Position numbers and translations under genes: made by a program
Virus record (IMG/VR): IMGVR_UViG_3300044675_001281
Coordinates: 1 to 51,296 of that record
DNA from: a virus
Lineage: Duplodnaviria > Caudoviricetes
DNA: 51,296 nt
Direction: 5' to 3' (one strand)
Shown: one piece after another, positions 17,182-26,555 of the stretch
Numbering within the stretch: position 1 is the first letter of the stretch
Layout of the letters: each line of letters opens with the position of its first letter
The notes under the pieces: model-generated
The model's database searches: none
Told to the model about the DNA's origin: nothing
What the model saw: the letters and a program-made list of their open reading frames with translations, nothing else

Positions 17182-19337
17182 TGGTTGACTACGCTGCAAT
17201 CGCTAAAAGATTTGGCGCTAAAAGCGATGTAGCGGGCGAAGTATCTTTTGCGCCTGAACAGGCAGCGCAACTTCGAAAATCTTTTCCTTACTTTAGAGAG
17301 GAAGAACAACCTACAGCGGCAGGCCCAGATTACGGCGCTCTTGCGCGTCAGTTTGGTGCAGTCTCCACTGAAGCTGCGCCGCAAGTGCCAGTAACTGAAG
17401 ACGCTATGCCTTATCAACGCCGCACATGGCCTGAAGCCATTTTGGAAGGCGTCACAAACATTCCTTCCAGTGGGTATAAATTTGGCGCTGAAACGCTGTC
17501 TATGCTTAACCCTATGAATATTCCAGAAACTGCTAGAGGTTTGGAATTAACAGGGTATGGCGCGATGCGAAAGGTAGCTGAGAAAGCGCTGCCAACAACT
17601 GCGTTTGCATATCTTTCTAAATTAGAGAATCCTGACTTCGCCGCGCAGGCTCAACAAGCCGCTGAAGCGGCAGGCGGGCATTATGCTCGATATTTTACAG
17701 AAGACGGCTGGAAAGAAGCTATTGCCACAGATCCTGTAGGAACGATGGCTGATATTTCTATGATCGCTAGTGGTATTGGAGGCGGACTTCGCGCGGCTGG
17801 ACGCACAGCGGCGCGGACACCGGCTTTGGCGCAGCCCCTTCAAGCCGGCGGCGCGGTAATAAATGCGCCGCGTTTATCTCAGGCCGCGCGCCCATTTGAA
17901 CAATTTGGACAAGCCATTGATCCATTGCGGTTAGCCGCAGGCGGCATTCAAAATGCTGCAATTCCTTTGATGGCTAAAGGAACTGAGTTTGCTAATCGTA
18001 TTGCTGCGCCTCGCTATTATGCGCTTCAACAAGCCGTTGGCGATAAAGGCGCTCCTATAATTAATGCATTACGTTCTCCTCAAGCGCAGCTTGTTCCAGG
18101 GACGCAACCTACTGCCGGCGCTGTTGCGTCTGGAGTCCCGTCTACAGGTTTTGCGGGCCTTTTGATGTCAGCGATGAAAGAAGCGCCAGATCAATTCCGC
18201 GCGGCTGAACAGGCAAATATAGCCGCACGCCAAAAAGCGCTTGAAACTGCGGCAGGTGGCCCTAAAGGTGTTGAAACCGCGCGTGCAAGACGCGAAGGTA
18301 TAACCGCGCCGATGTATGAAGCGGCTAAAAAGATAAAAGTGCCTGAAGATGCGACATTGCAAGAATTAATGTCACGTCCTGTTATTGGCGATGTTGCACG
18401 CGTTGCGCGGGATATTGCTAAGAATAAAGGTGAAGCATTTAAGATAGGCGAAACAGCCCCTGCACAAACTGTTGCGTCTGCAATCTTGGATGAGTTTGGA
18501 CGCCCAGTTACGCGAGAGATGCCTGCAACAATGGCTGAATATTCAGTCCGTGATCTTCATAATATGAAGACAGCTATGGATCGAATAATAACAAAAGGCC
18601 CAAGAGAATTTGCAATTGAGCGCATGGATTTGAACGCGTTACGCGCGGCGCGTAAAGATTTTGTTAATTGGCTTGATTCCAATGTCCCTGAATACGCTGC
18701 CGCTCGCGCTGAATATGCACGCCTTAGTAAGCCTGTAAACCAAGCAGAAGTGTTGTCTTACCTCAAAGATACGCTTGAGGGCGTTATGAAAGGTGAGCAA
18801 CGCGGGCGGGCGTTTGTCAAGGCTGCGGCGAAAGATGCGCCTAAAACTATTCAACGCGCGATAGATGCAGCCCCGCGCTATCAAGATCTGAATCAAATAC
18901 TTGAGCCTAAACAAATAGAGCTAGTTAAAAACATTGCGCGTGATTTGGAGCGTGAAGAACAGTTCGCCGATTTAGCTGCTTGGCGCGGACAGATGGGGCC
19001 AAAAGCCGCTAAGATTGGTGAAGAAGCATCATTTAGAATCCCGCAAGTTATTACAGATTTTACCGCTGTGTTAGCCACCCGCGTCTTTAAGGCTTTTCAA
19101 GGTAAGGTAGGCGAACAAGAAGCTATTAAAATAGCTATGGCTAATCTTGACCCAAAAGCTATGGCAGTTTTATTAGGCGAAGCCATGATGGCTGGCCGTA
19201 AAATGAAGACCACGGTAGAGAAACGCGCGCAAGTTATGAAAAACGCTGCGGCGGTCATGCGTAGCCCTCAAATGCTCGCGGCACAGAGGGGTTATAACGC
19301 GATGGTAGAAGAACCCCTTAATGCGATGACGAGATGA
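17181..19337 (+). CDS. Putative large DNA ejection protein (gp16-like by position)
   Basis: 718 aa, Ala-rich and helical. TAATG-coupled and the last virion gene before lysis. Confidence 0.55.
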   Translation: MVDYAAIAKRFGAKSDVAGEVSFAPEQAAQLRKSFPYFREEEQPTAAGPDYGALARQFGAVSTEAAPQVPVTEDAMPYQRRTWPEAILEGVTNIPSSGYKFGAETLSMLNPMNIPETARGLELTGYGAMRKVAEKALPTTAFAYLSKLENPDFAAQAQQAAEAAGGHYARYFTEDGWKEAIATDPVGTMADISMIASGIGGGLRAAGRTAARTPALAQPLQAGGAVINAPRLSQAARPFEQFGQAIDPLRLAAGGIQNAAIPLMAKGTEFANRIAAPRYYALQQAVGDKGAPIINALRSPQAQLVPGTQPTAGAVASGVPSTGFAGLLMSAMKEAPDQFRAAEQANIAARQKALETAAGGPKGVETARARREGITAPMYEAAKKIKVPEDATLQELMSRPVIGDVARVARDIAKNKGEAFKIGETAPAQTVASAILDEFGRPVTREMPATMAEYSVRDLHNMKTAMDRIITKGPREFAIERMDLNALRAARKDFVNWLDSNVPEYAAARAEYARLSKPVNQAEVLSYLKDTLEGVMKGEQRGRAFVKAAAKDAPKTIQRAIDAAPRYQDLNQILEPKQIELVKNIARDLEREEQFADLAAWRGQMGPKAAKIGEEASFRIPQVITDFTAVLATRVFKAFQGKVGEQEAIKIAMANLDPKAMAVLLGEAMMAGRKMKTTVEKRAQVMKNAAAVMRSPQMLAAQRGYNAMVEEPLNAMTR

Positions 19338-19600
19338 CACCAATGGCTGAATATCAAGTGTTTTTTGATGTCGCCGTTGGCGTGATCGGCGTCCTGGGCG
19401 GATGGGTATTGAATACCGTCTGGGGCGCTGTCAAAGATTTGCAGAGCGCTGATAAAGAATTAGCGGAAAAGGTCAGCGAGATCGAAGTTCTGGTTGCTGG
19501 CCGCTACGTTACTCGCGAAGAATTTAACACCGTGCTCAACCAAGTGTTTACGAAGCTTGACACCATACGCGACATCGTGAGCCAGAAAGCAGATAGATGA
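19334..19600 (+). CDS. Membrane protein, putative holin/antiholin
   Basis: One N-terminal TM (VAVGVIGVLGGWVL) plus coiled coil. ATGA-coupled to the endolysin. Confidence 0.5.
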   Translation: MTPMAEYQVFFDVAVGVIGVLGGWVLNTVWGAVKDLQSADKELAEKVSEIEVLVAGRYVTREEFNTVLNQVFTKLDTIRDIVSQKADR

Positions 19601-20100
19601 AAGAGAACTACGCGCAAGCTCTCAAACAAGTTCTTAAATATGAGGGCGGCTACGTTGACCATCCAAAAGATCCAGGTGGCCCGACGAATAAGGGAATTAC
19701 GCAAGCGGTTTATGATGCTTGGCAAAAGTCACAGAACCTCCCAACGCAAAGTGTTCGCAACATCAGTGATGCTACTGTGGCAGCGATTTATAAACAGCAA
19801 TACTGGGATCGTATTTCTGGAGATGATCTGCCCGCTGGCGTTGATTTTGCTGTGTTCGATTATGCTGTGAACAGCGGAGTCAGCCGCGCAGCTAAGACCT
19901 TGCAAGCTGTTGTTGGCGTTACGCAAGACGGTCAAATCGGCCCTGCAACGATACAAGCCACCAAGACCTATGTTGCTATGTCCGTCACAAACAAGCGGCT
20001 GGCGTTCATGCAGTCCTTGTCGATCTGGTCAACATTTGGCAAGGGATGGGCGGCGCGCATAGCTGATGTTAAAGCGCAGATTATCGCGCTTGTTGGATAG
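19597..20100 (+). CDS. Endolysin, glycoside hydrolase family 108
   Basis: EGGYVDHPKDPGGPTNKGIT catalytic motif, FDYAVNSG, DGQIGPAT and FGKGW..R. Confidence 0.9.
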   Translation: MKENYAQALKQVLKYEGGYVDHPKDPGGPTNKGITQAVYDAWQKSQNLPTQSVRNISDATVAAIYKQQYWDRISGDDLPAGVDFAVFDYAVNSGVSRAAKTLQAVVGVTQDGQIGPATIQATKTYVAMSVTNKRLAFMQSLSIWSTFGKGWAARIADVKAQIIALVG

Positions 20101-20194
20101 GATCGTATATATCGTCGCCGTTGCTGCGTCGATTTCATACGGTGCAAAACTAGCATTTATGCTTGGCATTTATTTCAGGAGGACAATGGAATGA
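20093..20194 (+). CDS. 33-aa hydrophobic peptide in lysis cassette (not in ORF track)
   Basis: TTG start. LDRIVYIVAVAASISYGAKLAFMLGIYFRRTME fills the gap, and its stop overlaps the next ATG. Confidence 0.35.
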   Translation: MDRIVYIVAVAASISYGAKLAFMLGIYFRRTME

Positions 20195-20352
20195 TTAAGA
20201 ATTGGAAAACAACTATCCCAGGAATCATCACCTTGATCGGCGTCCTCTTCAACGCTTGGCAGACCAAGACGCTCGACTGGTCTTCGCTCCAGGCTGCGCT
20301 TGTCGCTATCGGCCTCATCGGCGCTAAAGACTTTAACGTCACGGGCGCATGA
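20191..20352 (+). CDS. Small two-TM holin-like protein (53 aa, not in ORF track)
   Basis: MIKNWKTTIPGIITLIGVLFNAWQTKTLDWSSLQAALVAIGLIGAKDFNVTGA, with AGGAGG RBS and ATGA overlap with the next gene. Confidence 0.65.
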   Translation: MIKNWKTTIPGIITLIGVLFNAWQTKTLDWSSLQAALVAIGLIGAKDFNVTGA

Positions 20353-20561
20353 CAACTGCTATCTTAATTGGCTTATTTTTAACGGTGCTTTACGGCGGCG
20401 TTAAAATGTTAATCGCTGATGCTTATGATCGCGGGCGGCGTGAGGAAGTCACACGTCGTATGGATCTGCAAGCCAAACTGAAAGCACAACAGACCAATGT
20501 CGTTATGGCCCCTAAAACCGTGGACGATACTGCTACTGATCTCGACAACGGCACTTTCTAG
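20349..20561 (+). CDS. Inner-membrane spanin (Rz-like)
   Basis: N-terminal TM followed by a periplasmic helix. Its 3' end overlaps a lipoprotein gene. Confidence 0.6.
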   Translation: MTTAILIGLFLTVLYGGVKMLIADAYDRGRREEVTRRMDLQAKLKAQQTNVVMAPKTVDDTATDLDNGTF

Positions 20562-20718
20562 TTGCCAGTCAACGAGCGGCGGGTCATGCCCGCCACTCGC
20601 TCAGTATTCAGTCGCTCAACAGCGCGCTGTTGCCGCTGAACTGCGGCGGCTCCGTGGAACCGAAACGGCTCAGTTTATCATCGATTACGGCAAGCTCCGC
20701 GCGGCGTGCAGGCTTTAA
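20497..20718 (+). CDS. Outer-membrane spanin lipoprotein (Rz1-like)
   Basis: Hydrophobic signal with lipobox-like LSS-C, then CPP and a C-terminal Cys. Overlaps the i-spanin in another frame. Confidence 0.6.
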   Translation: MSLWPLKPWTILLLISTTALSSCQSTSGGSCPPLAQYSVAQQRAVAAELRRLRGTETAQFIIDYGKLRAACRL

Positions 20719-21060
20719 TTCTTCTTTCTTAGCGGGCGTTAGATTAGCGCGCTTCTTGTATCCGATGTTAGCGCCGGTAGCGGCCTTCTGGTTCACGTAA
20801 TCATTAGCGAACATAGCCGCAAACGCTTCATAGTTCATCGCGTCAAGGCGGCTGTCAATATGCGTCGGATCGCTAAAGGCTCTAGCGTTCTTAACGCAAA
20901 CCATTATGGTCGCTACCTCAAAGGGATGAATATCGCGGCCCAGACGCAGAGATGCCAAATCAGCAACAAGCTGAAAATTATCCTCAATCCCACCGTAGTT
21001 CTCACCGCGTTCGCTTATGATTTCGCTTGCCTGTTGTAATAGATCGTGCGGATTCATCAA
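20608..21060 (-). CDS. DUF6378-like protein
   Basis: LLQQA..II.ERGENYG..EDNF...A.L...VK.AR....H.DS.LD..NY pattern. TAGGGGA RBS. Confidence 0.7.
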   Translation of the reverse strand: MMNPHDLLQQASEIISERGENYGGIEDNFQLVADLASLRLGRDIHPFEVATIMVCVKNARAFSDPTHIDSRLDAMNYEAFAAMFANDYVNQKAATGANIGYKKRANLTPAKKEELKPARRAELAVIDDKLSRFGSTEPPQFSGNSALLSD

Positions 21061-21232
21061 TTTCCCCTAATAGTTCGGCTCGCTCACGCAACATTCGCAA
21101 CGTCGTGTAACGCTGATGCAAACGTATAATGACCGTAGACCGCCGAGCGTTCTTGCGCTCGTCACCCAAGAGATCCAATACCTCTTGTTCCGTATAGTCC
21201 GTTAGGACTTCGTTCAATTCACGCCAGTTCAT
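21002..21232 (-). CDS. Hypothetical protein associated with SNF2 helicase
   Basis: 76 aa, overlapping both neighbours. RLHQRYTTLR motif. Confidence 0.6.
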   Translation of the reverse strand: MNWRELNEVLTDYTEQEVLDLLGDERKNARRSTVIIRLHQRYTTLRMLRERAELLGEIDESARSITTGKRNHKRTR

Positions 21233-22499
21233 TTAAAGCTAACTCCGCTAACGAACGCTTGTCATGCAGACTTGCGTAGATGCGCTCGTCAATAGTCTTA
21301 TTACAAATCAGAACATAACACCACACTTCTTTTGTCTGGCCGCTGCGGTGCAGTCGTCCGATGGTCTGTTCGTAAAGCTCAAGCGACCACGGAAGCGATA
21401 AGAAGATGATCTTGTTGCCGCCGAACTGTAGATTCAGCCCGTGGCCTGCGCTCTTTGGATGCAGGGCCAGAAGCTCCAGTTCACCTTTGTTCCACTTGTC
21501 AACGACATTCTCATCGTCCATAGTAGAGAGTTGTGGATATTGTCTTTTTAATTCCGCTAACTCTTCTTTATAATTGTATACAATGATTGTGTTGGCGCGC
21601 TGGTTCTCTTCGAGCACTTCTTTTAATAGGTCAAACTTATGCGAAGCTACCCATTCCGCGCCATCAGCGCCGTAAATGAAACCGCCCGCAAGCTGTTGTA
21701 ATTTTTGCGTGACAACGGCTGCGGTTGGTGCTGTAATGATCTGTCCTAGTTCTAGGACAAAATCTTTCTTCATCTTATTATACGGCGCGAGATCCATATC
21801 GCAGCGCATCTCGACGACGTTGAGCGGCGGCAGCTTATCCTTATATTCGCCAGCCTCTAACACATATGTCGCTGGTTTTATCGCGGCCATGACATGTGCG
21901 AGCGCTTCCGGCAGCGGTTCCCACTGTTGGTAGTCTCGATTAACGCAATAAAAATACTGTTGCAGGAACGCGCCTTTGCTGCGGCCTAACAGTTTCTGGT
22001 CAACAACTTTGCACTGACCGAACACGTCCTCTAGGCCGTTCGATGTAAACGATCCTGTCAAGCCCCAACGGATATGGAACTTATCAAGGATCTTCAGTAG
22101 GTATTTAAACCTTTTACCGCTTGGGTTTTTTAATCGCGTAAGCTCATCAAAAACCACACCGTCAAAGCCAGTGGGATCAATGCTAGGAATATTGTCATAG
22201 TTCGTCACCACAATGTCGGCGTCAGAGTCGAAGGCGGCTTTGCGTTGCGCTGGCGTGCCAACAGCAACAGCTATCTCAAATTCAGGGCACCATTTCTGCC
22301 CTTCCTGTCGCCAAACATCAGTGCAAACACGCTTTGGTGCAAGCACTAACCAACGTTGCACAAAACCACGCGCCAACATTTCTGTCATTGCGGTTAACGT
22401 TATTGCGGTCTTACCTGCGCCGACCGGCGCAAGAATCATTGCTCTGTTTTGACAGAAGAGGAAGTCTGCGGCTTCATGTTGATACGGTCGTAAGTCCAT
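21219..22499 (-). CDS. SNF2-family DEAD/H helicase
   Basis: LRPYQ, GAGKT (Walker A), VFDE (Walker B), LTGS, SAGHGLNLQ and QTIGRLHRSGQ. Confidence 0.9.
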   Translation of the reverse strand: MDLRPYQHEAADFLFCQNRAMILAPVGAGKTAITLTAMTEMLARGFVQRWLVLAPKRVCTDVWRQEGQKWCPEFEIAVAVGTPAQRKAAFDSDADIVVTNYDNIPSIDPTGFDGVVFDELTRLKNPSGKRFKYLLKILDKFHIRWGLTGSFTSNGLEDVFGQCKVVDQKLLGRSKGAFLQQYFYCVNRDYQQWEPLPEALAHVMAAIKPATYVLEAGEYKDKLPPLNVVEMRCDMDLAPYNKMKKDFVLELGQIITAPTAAVVTQKLQQLAGGFIYGADGAEWVASHKFDLLKEVLEENQRANTIIVYNYKEELAELKRQYPQLSTMDDENVVDKWNKGELELLALHPKSAGHGLNLQFGGNKIIFLSLPWSLELYEQTIGRLHRSGQTKEVWCYVLICNKTIDERIYASLHDKRSLAELALNELA

Positions 22500-22759
22500 C
22501 TATCTACCTGTTCACGATTCCAGAGGCACGCATAACGCTGATTCAACTTCTTCATATCTTCGGCGAATATTTTTTGCAGCGCAGACAGCTTGCCGCCGTC
22601 TTGCTTTAACTCTACAAACCACGTCTCGCCGTTTGGCAAACAGACAATTCTGTCAGAAACGCCACGATTCGATAGGCTGTTAAATTTAAAGGCAACGCCG
22701 CTAAGTGATTGAACGGACTTAACAAAGTAGCGTTCAATGTCTTTTTCCAAATCAGTCAT
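22436..22759 (-). CDS. VRR-NUC domain nuclease
   Basis: EKDIE...GVSDRIV...FVELK..GGKLSALQ. Confidence 0.85.
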   Translation of the reverse strand: MTDLEKDIERYFVKSVQSLSGVAFKFNSLSNRGVSDRIVCLPNGETWFVELKQDGGKLSALQKIFAEDMKKLNQRYACLWNREQVDRWTYDRINMKPQTSSSVKTEQ

Positions 22760-22769
22760 AAAAAACTTA

Positions 22770-22799
22770 TTGACACATCTGTAATAAATTGTCTAGTAT
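22770..22799 (+). promoter_or_regulatory. Putative sigma70 promoter for the replication/recombination operon
   Basis: TTGACA (22770-22775)-N18-TAGTAT (22794-22799) in the divergent intergenic gap. The spacer contains TGTAATAAAT. Confidence 0.55.
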
Positions 22800-22823
22800 G
22801 CAAATCACGAAAGGTAGTCTACA

Positions 22824-23930
22824 ATGCACTCGGATATAGTAGGCGGTTCTACAGCGAAGCGCGTAATGAACTGCCCTGGCTCAGTTAAGCTGGCGCAATC
22901 CGTTCCCCCAAAACCAACATCAAAATATGCAGAAGAAGGATCACTGTTACATGACGCGATGGATAAGATCCTCTCTCACGGTGCATCTGTTGATGACTTT
23001 GGTCTTGGCGATGATCTCATTGAGCGTAAATTACGCCCTGCCCTTGACGCGCTGAATGAGATTGATCCTGACACACAGATGGAATTTCAGACTGAAGTTT
23101 CCGTCTCTTTTGGAGGGTATCTAGCTGGCGTATTCGGATCCTGTGATCTCATTGGTCGTATTGGCAATCGCGCAATTGTTCTCGATTGGAAGTTTGGTGA
23201 TGGGGTGGCGGTGGATGCTGTCGAGAACCATCAGCTTATGTTTTATGCCGCTGCGGCTATGCGGACTGACGAAGCCCGCTGGGCGTTCGAGGGCGTTACT
23301 GAAATAGAGTGCGTCATTGTTCAGCCGCCATATGTCAAGCGTTGGCTTACAACGCCTGGGCGCGTTAAGGCGTTTGAGCGTGAGCTGTATGATGCTGTAA
23401 CGGTAGCGTTGCGGCCTAATCCGCCTATAACGCTTGGCGATCATTGCAAGTGGTGCCCTGCGAAGCCTATCTGCCCTGCGATGACGGGCGAGACAGAACG
23501 CGCGCTACGGACTAAACTTAACAGCATTACGCCAGAGGGCTACAGCAATGCGCTTATTATCGCTGACCGCGTTGAAGAATGGGCTAAAGAAGTTCGTGAG
23601 ATGGCGCAACAAGCGCTTGAGAACGGTATCGCCATCCCAGGATTTAAACTTGTGCCAAAGCGTGCCACTAGACAGTGGGTCAACGACGAAGGCGCATTGG
23701 AAGCTCTTAGAGAAATGGGACTTGAGCTTGATGAATTAACAGAGACGAAGTTAAGATCGCCAGCGCAGCTAGAGAAGGTGTTGAAGAAACACAAGCTAGA
23801 CTTGCCGAAAGATCACGTCGTCGCTGTTTCAACGGGTAACACGATTGCGCCGGAGTCAGATCCGCGCCCAGCCGTGTTGCAACTCGGCAAGCACATCCGT
23901 GCTGCCACAACTAAACTACAGGTGAAGTAA
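22824..23930 (+). CDS. DUF2800 Cas4-like PD-(D/E)XK nuclease
   Basis: N-terminal CPGS, G.LLH, GSCD...LDWKFG, QL..YA and C-terminal CKWCPAKPIC (probable Fe-S ligands). Confidence 0.85.
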   Translation: MHSDIVGGSTAKRVMNCPGSVKLAQSVPPKPTSKYAEEGSLLHDAMDKILSHGASVDDFGLGDDLIERKLRPALDALNEIDPDTQMEFQTEVSVSFGGYLAGVFGSCDLIGRIGNRAIVLDWKFGDGVAVDAVENHQLMFYAAAAMRTDEARWAFEGVTEIECVIVQPPYVKRWLTTPGRVKAFERELYDAVTVALRPNPPITLGDHCKWCPAKPICPAMTGETERALRTKLNSITPEGYSNALIIADRVEEWAKEVREMAQQALENGIAIPGFKLVPKRATRQWVNDEGALEALREMGLELDELTETKLRSPAQLEKVLKKHKLDLPKDHVVAVSTGNTIAPESDPRPAVLQLGKHIRAATTKLQVK

Positions 23931-24562
23931 TGTCTAATCTCGTAAAGTTTGCTGGTAACGCTCCTACAGTCTCTAATCTTGCACAGGTGTTGCGTTCGGT
24001 TAAGACCGACACAGCGCCTATTGGCATGGCAATTATCAAGATGGACAAAACCGGCCATTGGGTTGTCGGGGCTGACCAGACTGAAATTGAAAAGGGCAGC
24101 GTATGGGCTGTTAATCCTTTGTCTTTTGTCCACGGCTTCATCGCTTGGGGTCAAGGCGAAGTGTTAGCAGAAAAGATGTATCCCATAGATGTTGATCTTG
24201 ATTCGATTGACTTGGGGCCAGCTCCTAGCGGCGCGCAGCGCGGTTGGGAAAACCAGCTTGGTATGGCTGTTAAATGTGTGCAAGGTTCAGACGAAGGACT
24301 TGACGCGCGTTTCTCAACCACATCAGTCGGCGGCAAGCGTGCGTTAATCGCGCTCATGAACGAAGTCGCAGACCAAGATGATAAAGACCACGCGAATAAT
24401 GTGGCGTTGGTAGAACTTGGCAGCGAGTATTACGCGCACAAAGTTTATGGCCGTGTTTACACTCCTGTATTCAAGGTCATTGACTGGGTCAGCTTAGATT
24501 ATAACGGCGCTGGTGAGGCGAAAGCTGAATCGGCAAGCACGGGCCGTCGTCGTCGTAGCTGA
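23930..24562 (+). CDS. Putative ssDNA-binding protein
   Basis: TAATG-coupled to DUF2800. WAVNPLSFVHGFIAW and Y.HK.YGRVYTPVF motifs, ending RRRRS. Occupies the SSB position of this module. Confidence 0.55.
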   Translation: MSNLVKFAGNAPTVSNLAQVLRSVKTDTAPIGMAIIKMDKTGHWVVGADQTEIEKGSVWAVNPLSFVHGFIAWGQGEVLAEKMYPIDVDLDSIDLGPAPSGAQRGWENQLGMAVKCVQGSDEGLDARFSTTSVGGKRALIALMNEVADQDDKDHANNVALVELGSEYYAHKVYGRVYTPVFKVIDWVSLDYNGAGEAKAESASTGRRRRS

Positions 24563-24567
24563 TATGT

Positions 24568-24607
24568 CGGGACGGCTTCGCGTGACAACAGGCCGTCCCG
24601 CTTTTTT
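24568..24607 (+). terminator. Intrinsic terminator
   Basis: CGGGACGGC...GCCGTCCCG 9-bp stem followed by CTTTTTT. Confidence 0.75.
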
Positions 24608-24626
24608 CTAACAGAAAGATAAGAAG

Positions 24627-24806
24627 ATGGCCGAACGTAAAGTTTGGAATGATGCAACGCGCCTTACGCCCAAAGAACAACAGGTCTATGATCTGTTTCG
24701 TAAAGGCTTTAAGGCCAAAGACATCGCCGTAATCCTTGGTATTACGCCACGGGCGGCGCAGACAAGACTAGCTCTAGCAAAGGATAAGGTGCGCTGTGGC
24801 GGATGA
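24627..24806 (+). CDS. LuxR/sigma-region-4-type HTH protein (59 aa, below ORF-track cutoff)
   Basis: MAERKVWNDATRLTPKEQQVYDLFRKGFKAKDIAVILGITPRAAQTRLALAKDKVRCGG fits the LT.KE..V......G....DIA..LGI pattern. Confidence 0.7.
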   Translation: MAERKVWNDATRLTPKEQQVYDLFRKGFKAKDIAVILGITPRAAQTRLALAKDKVRCGG

Positions 24807-25083
24807 CGAAGGATACGTAGAGACACGTGTAGAAAATATGCGACTACGCGAGCGCGTTGCAGAGTTAGAAATAGATCTTGCTAAGTGGGTGCAATTTTGG
24901 CGCGACAAAGACAACGCGGCGTTAAAAGTTCGTATCGAAGAACTAGAATCGGCAATGCGAGAGATCTACGAAGTATATGCGGGCAGCGACGGTTTTATCC
25001 CTGAGACATGCGCGGAAGGCTATCAACAGCAGTTGATAAAAGAGATGGTTGAAATCGCCGCTAAACATATGAGGAAGAAATGA
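24796..25083 (+). CDS. Hypothetical coiled-coil protein
   Basis: 95 aa, overlapping both neighbours. Confidence 0.55.
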   Translation: MADDEGYVETRVENMRLRERVAELEIDLAKWVQFWRDKDNAALKVRIEELESAMREIYEVYAGSDGFIPETCAEGYQQQLIKEMVEIAAKHMRKK

Positions 25084-25679
25084 GCAAACTATTCATTCCG
25101 GCCTATTGGCCGTTCTTTAAGTCAGGCGAACTACGCCGCTTTGACTACACCGCGCCGGATACGCCGTCGTTCACGTCTGTGTTTAGCTACGACAAAGGCA
25201 GCGATAGTATGTTGTATAACAACTACGACAGCGCAGGCACATGGTTGAACAAATGGTATTATCGTTACAACCCTGGCTTTGGCGTTGCGGAATGGCGCGA
25301 CGACTATCCGAACAATAAGAAGGTAGTGCTCAACCCGCCTATTGGCTGGGGTGAATTTCAGGACGTTGGGTCTGATTACATCAACTATCCTAAGTTCGAC
25401 TTCTTTAAATGCTGGCCGCCAGCGACGAGTAATGGCGTGCAGATCGTGCATTTCGAAGAGCACATCTCACAGATCAATGTGCTTGGCGTCTATTATCAAG
25501 ACGTGATTAAGTTCACTTACTTGCAAAATTGGAACGGCAAGCCAGCCACAGGCGCGCGTTACTGGATGGCGCTTGGTGTTGGCCCGATCAAGACGCAGTT
25601 CTTAACGCAAGACGCGAAAGATCCAACAAAGATAGAGGAGTCAGTCGTATGGGACGCGAAGATAACGAAGGTCGGTTAA
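25080..25679 (+). CDS. Hypothetical aromatic-rich protein
   Basis: 199 aa, GAGG RBS, ATGA coupling. W/Y/F-rich with YWMALGVGPI near the C-terminus. Confidence 0.7.
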   Translation: MSKLFIPAYWPFFKSGELRRFDYTAPDTPSFTSVFSYDKGSDSMLYNNYDSAGTWLNKWYYRYNPGFGVAEWRDDYPNNKKVVLNPPIGWGEFQDVGSDYINYPKFDFFKCWPPATSNGVQIVHFEEHISQINVLGVYYQDVIKFTYLQNWNGKPATGARYWMALGVGPIKTQFLTQDAKDPTKIEESVVWDAKITKVG

Positions 25680-25951
25680 AGCATATCATACGAGATGCAG
25701 GGCTAACTAATCAAGAACTTGCGAAGAAAATTGGGTGTCAAGCTGTAGAAATTTGGCGGCTTGCGGCAGGGCCTGACGCAGGCGGTCGGAAAATGACACC
25801 AGAATGGGCTATTAAGATTGCGCCGCATGTAGGTGTTACGCCGCAAGAATTAGTATTTGGCGTAGATACAACTGATAGTAGTTTGCAGATAAAAATTCTG
25901 CGAAGAGAAAATGAGAAATTAAGAAAGATTATAGTAGATCTGATTAACTAA
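25649..25951 (+). CDS. Cro/CI (XRE)-type HTH regulator
   Basis: Start 25649 after GAGGAG. GLTNQELAKKIGC....IWRL...KMTPEWAIKIA..GVTPQEL. Confidence 0.75.
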   Translation: MGREDNEGRLKHIIRDAGLTNQELAKKIGCQAVEIWRLAAGPDAGGRKMTPEWAIKIAPHVGVTPQELVFGVDTTDSSLQIKILRRENEKLRKIIVDLIN

Positions 25952-25967
25952 CCTAAAGAGAATTGTG

Positions 25968-26144
25968 ATGGATAAAGAAGCACGACTAAAGCAACTGATG
26001 GGCGACTTACTGTTCACCATTAAAGAATATTCAGAGAAAAATGAGAGGCCAGATGAAATACTTTTTGTGCTCGACCGTATTACTGACGCTTATCGCACAG
26101 CCTTCGAAAGCACAGGAAGTGGAGACGACACAGCGCTTCACTGA
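25968..26144 (+). CDS. Hypothetical protein (58 aa, not in ORF track)
   Basis: MDKEARLKQLMGDLLFTIKEYSEKNERPDEILFVLDRITDAYRTAFESTGSGDDTALH, translated by hand. Confidence 0.45.
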   Translation: MDKEARLKQLMGDLLFTIKEYSEKNERPDEILFVLDRITDAYRTAFESTGSGDDTALH

Positions 26145-26283
26145 GATGAACTACGGCGAACAGACTTTCATCTACGACCGCAACGGGCGCATGGTCGCTG
26201 CGGGCGTAGGTGATGAATATGGCATGTATTACAGCAACCGTTACGGCCAGACTATCGGCACAAGATATAACGCAGGGGAATGA
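26053..26283 (+). CDS. Small exported protein with signal peptide
   Basis: GAGAGG RBS. MKYFLCSTVLLTLIAQPSKA|QE signal, then Y-D/S-R/N-x-G beta-hairpin repeats. Confidence 0.55.
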   Translation: MKYFLCSTVLLTLIAQPSKAQEVETTQRFTEMNYGEQTFIYDRNGRMVAAGVGDEYGMYYSNRYGQTIGTRYNAGE

Positions 26284-26555
26284 CGATGGCGAAAATAGGA
26301 TATGACACTACGGGGCGCGTTCGTGAAGCCGCCCAAACTATTCAAGACGCATGTAATAAGTTTGTTCTTAAACATAGAGACACTGACGCAGTTATCCAAA
26401 ACATATGGGCACTAGCGCAGGTTCTGGGTTGGAATTTAGCGGTAAATAAACCCCCACCGGATGTTCTTGACGAACTCTTAAAACGTATAAGAGCTTGCGC
26501 TGAGTTATCTGAAGATGAAATTGAAACCTTTGATGTGACCAATACCTTACAATGA
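26280..26555 (+). CDS. Hypothetical protein
   Basis: 91 aa, ATGA-coupled on both sides. Confidence 0.6.
   Translation: MTMAKIGYDTTGRVREAAQTIQDACNKFVLKHRDTDAVIQNIWALAQVLGWNLAVNKPPPDVLDELLKRIRACAELSEDEIETFDVTNTLQ

Noticed and set aside
22824-23930. CRISPR-Cas system because of the Cas4-like nuclease
   Set aside because: No repeat-spacer array or other cas genes. DUF2800-type nucleases are routine in this replication module.
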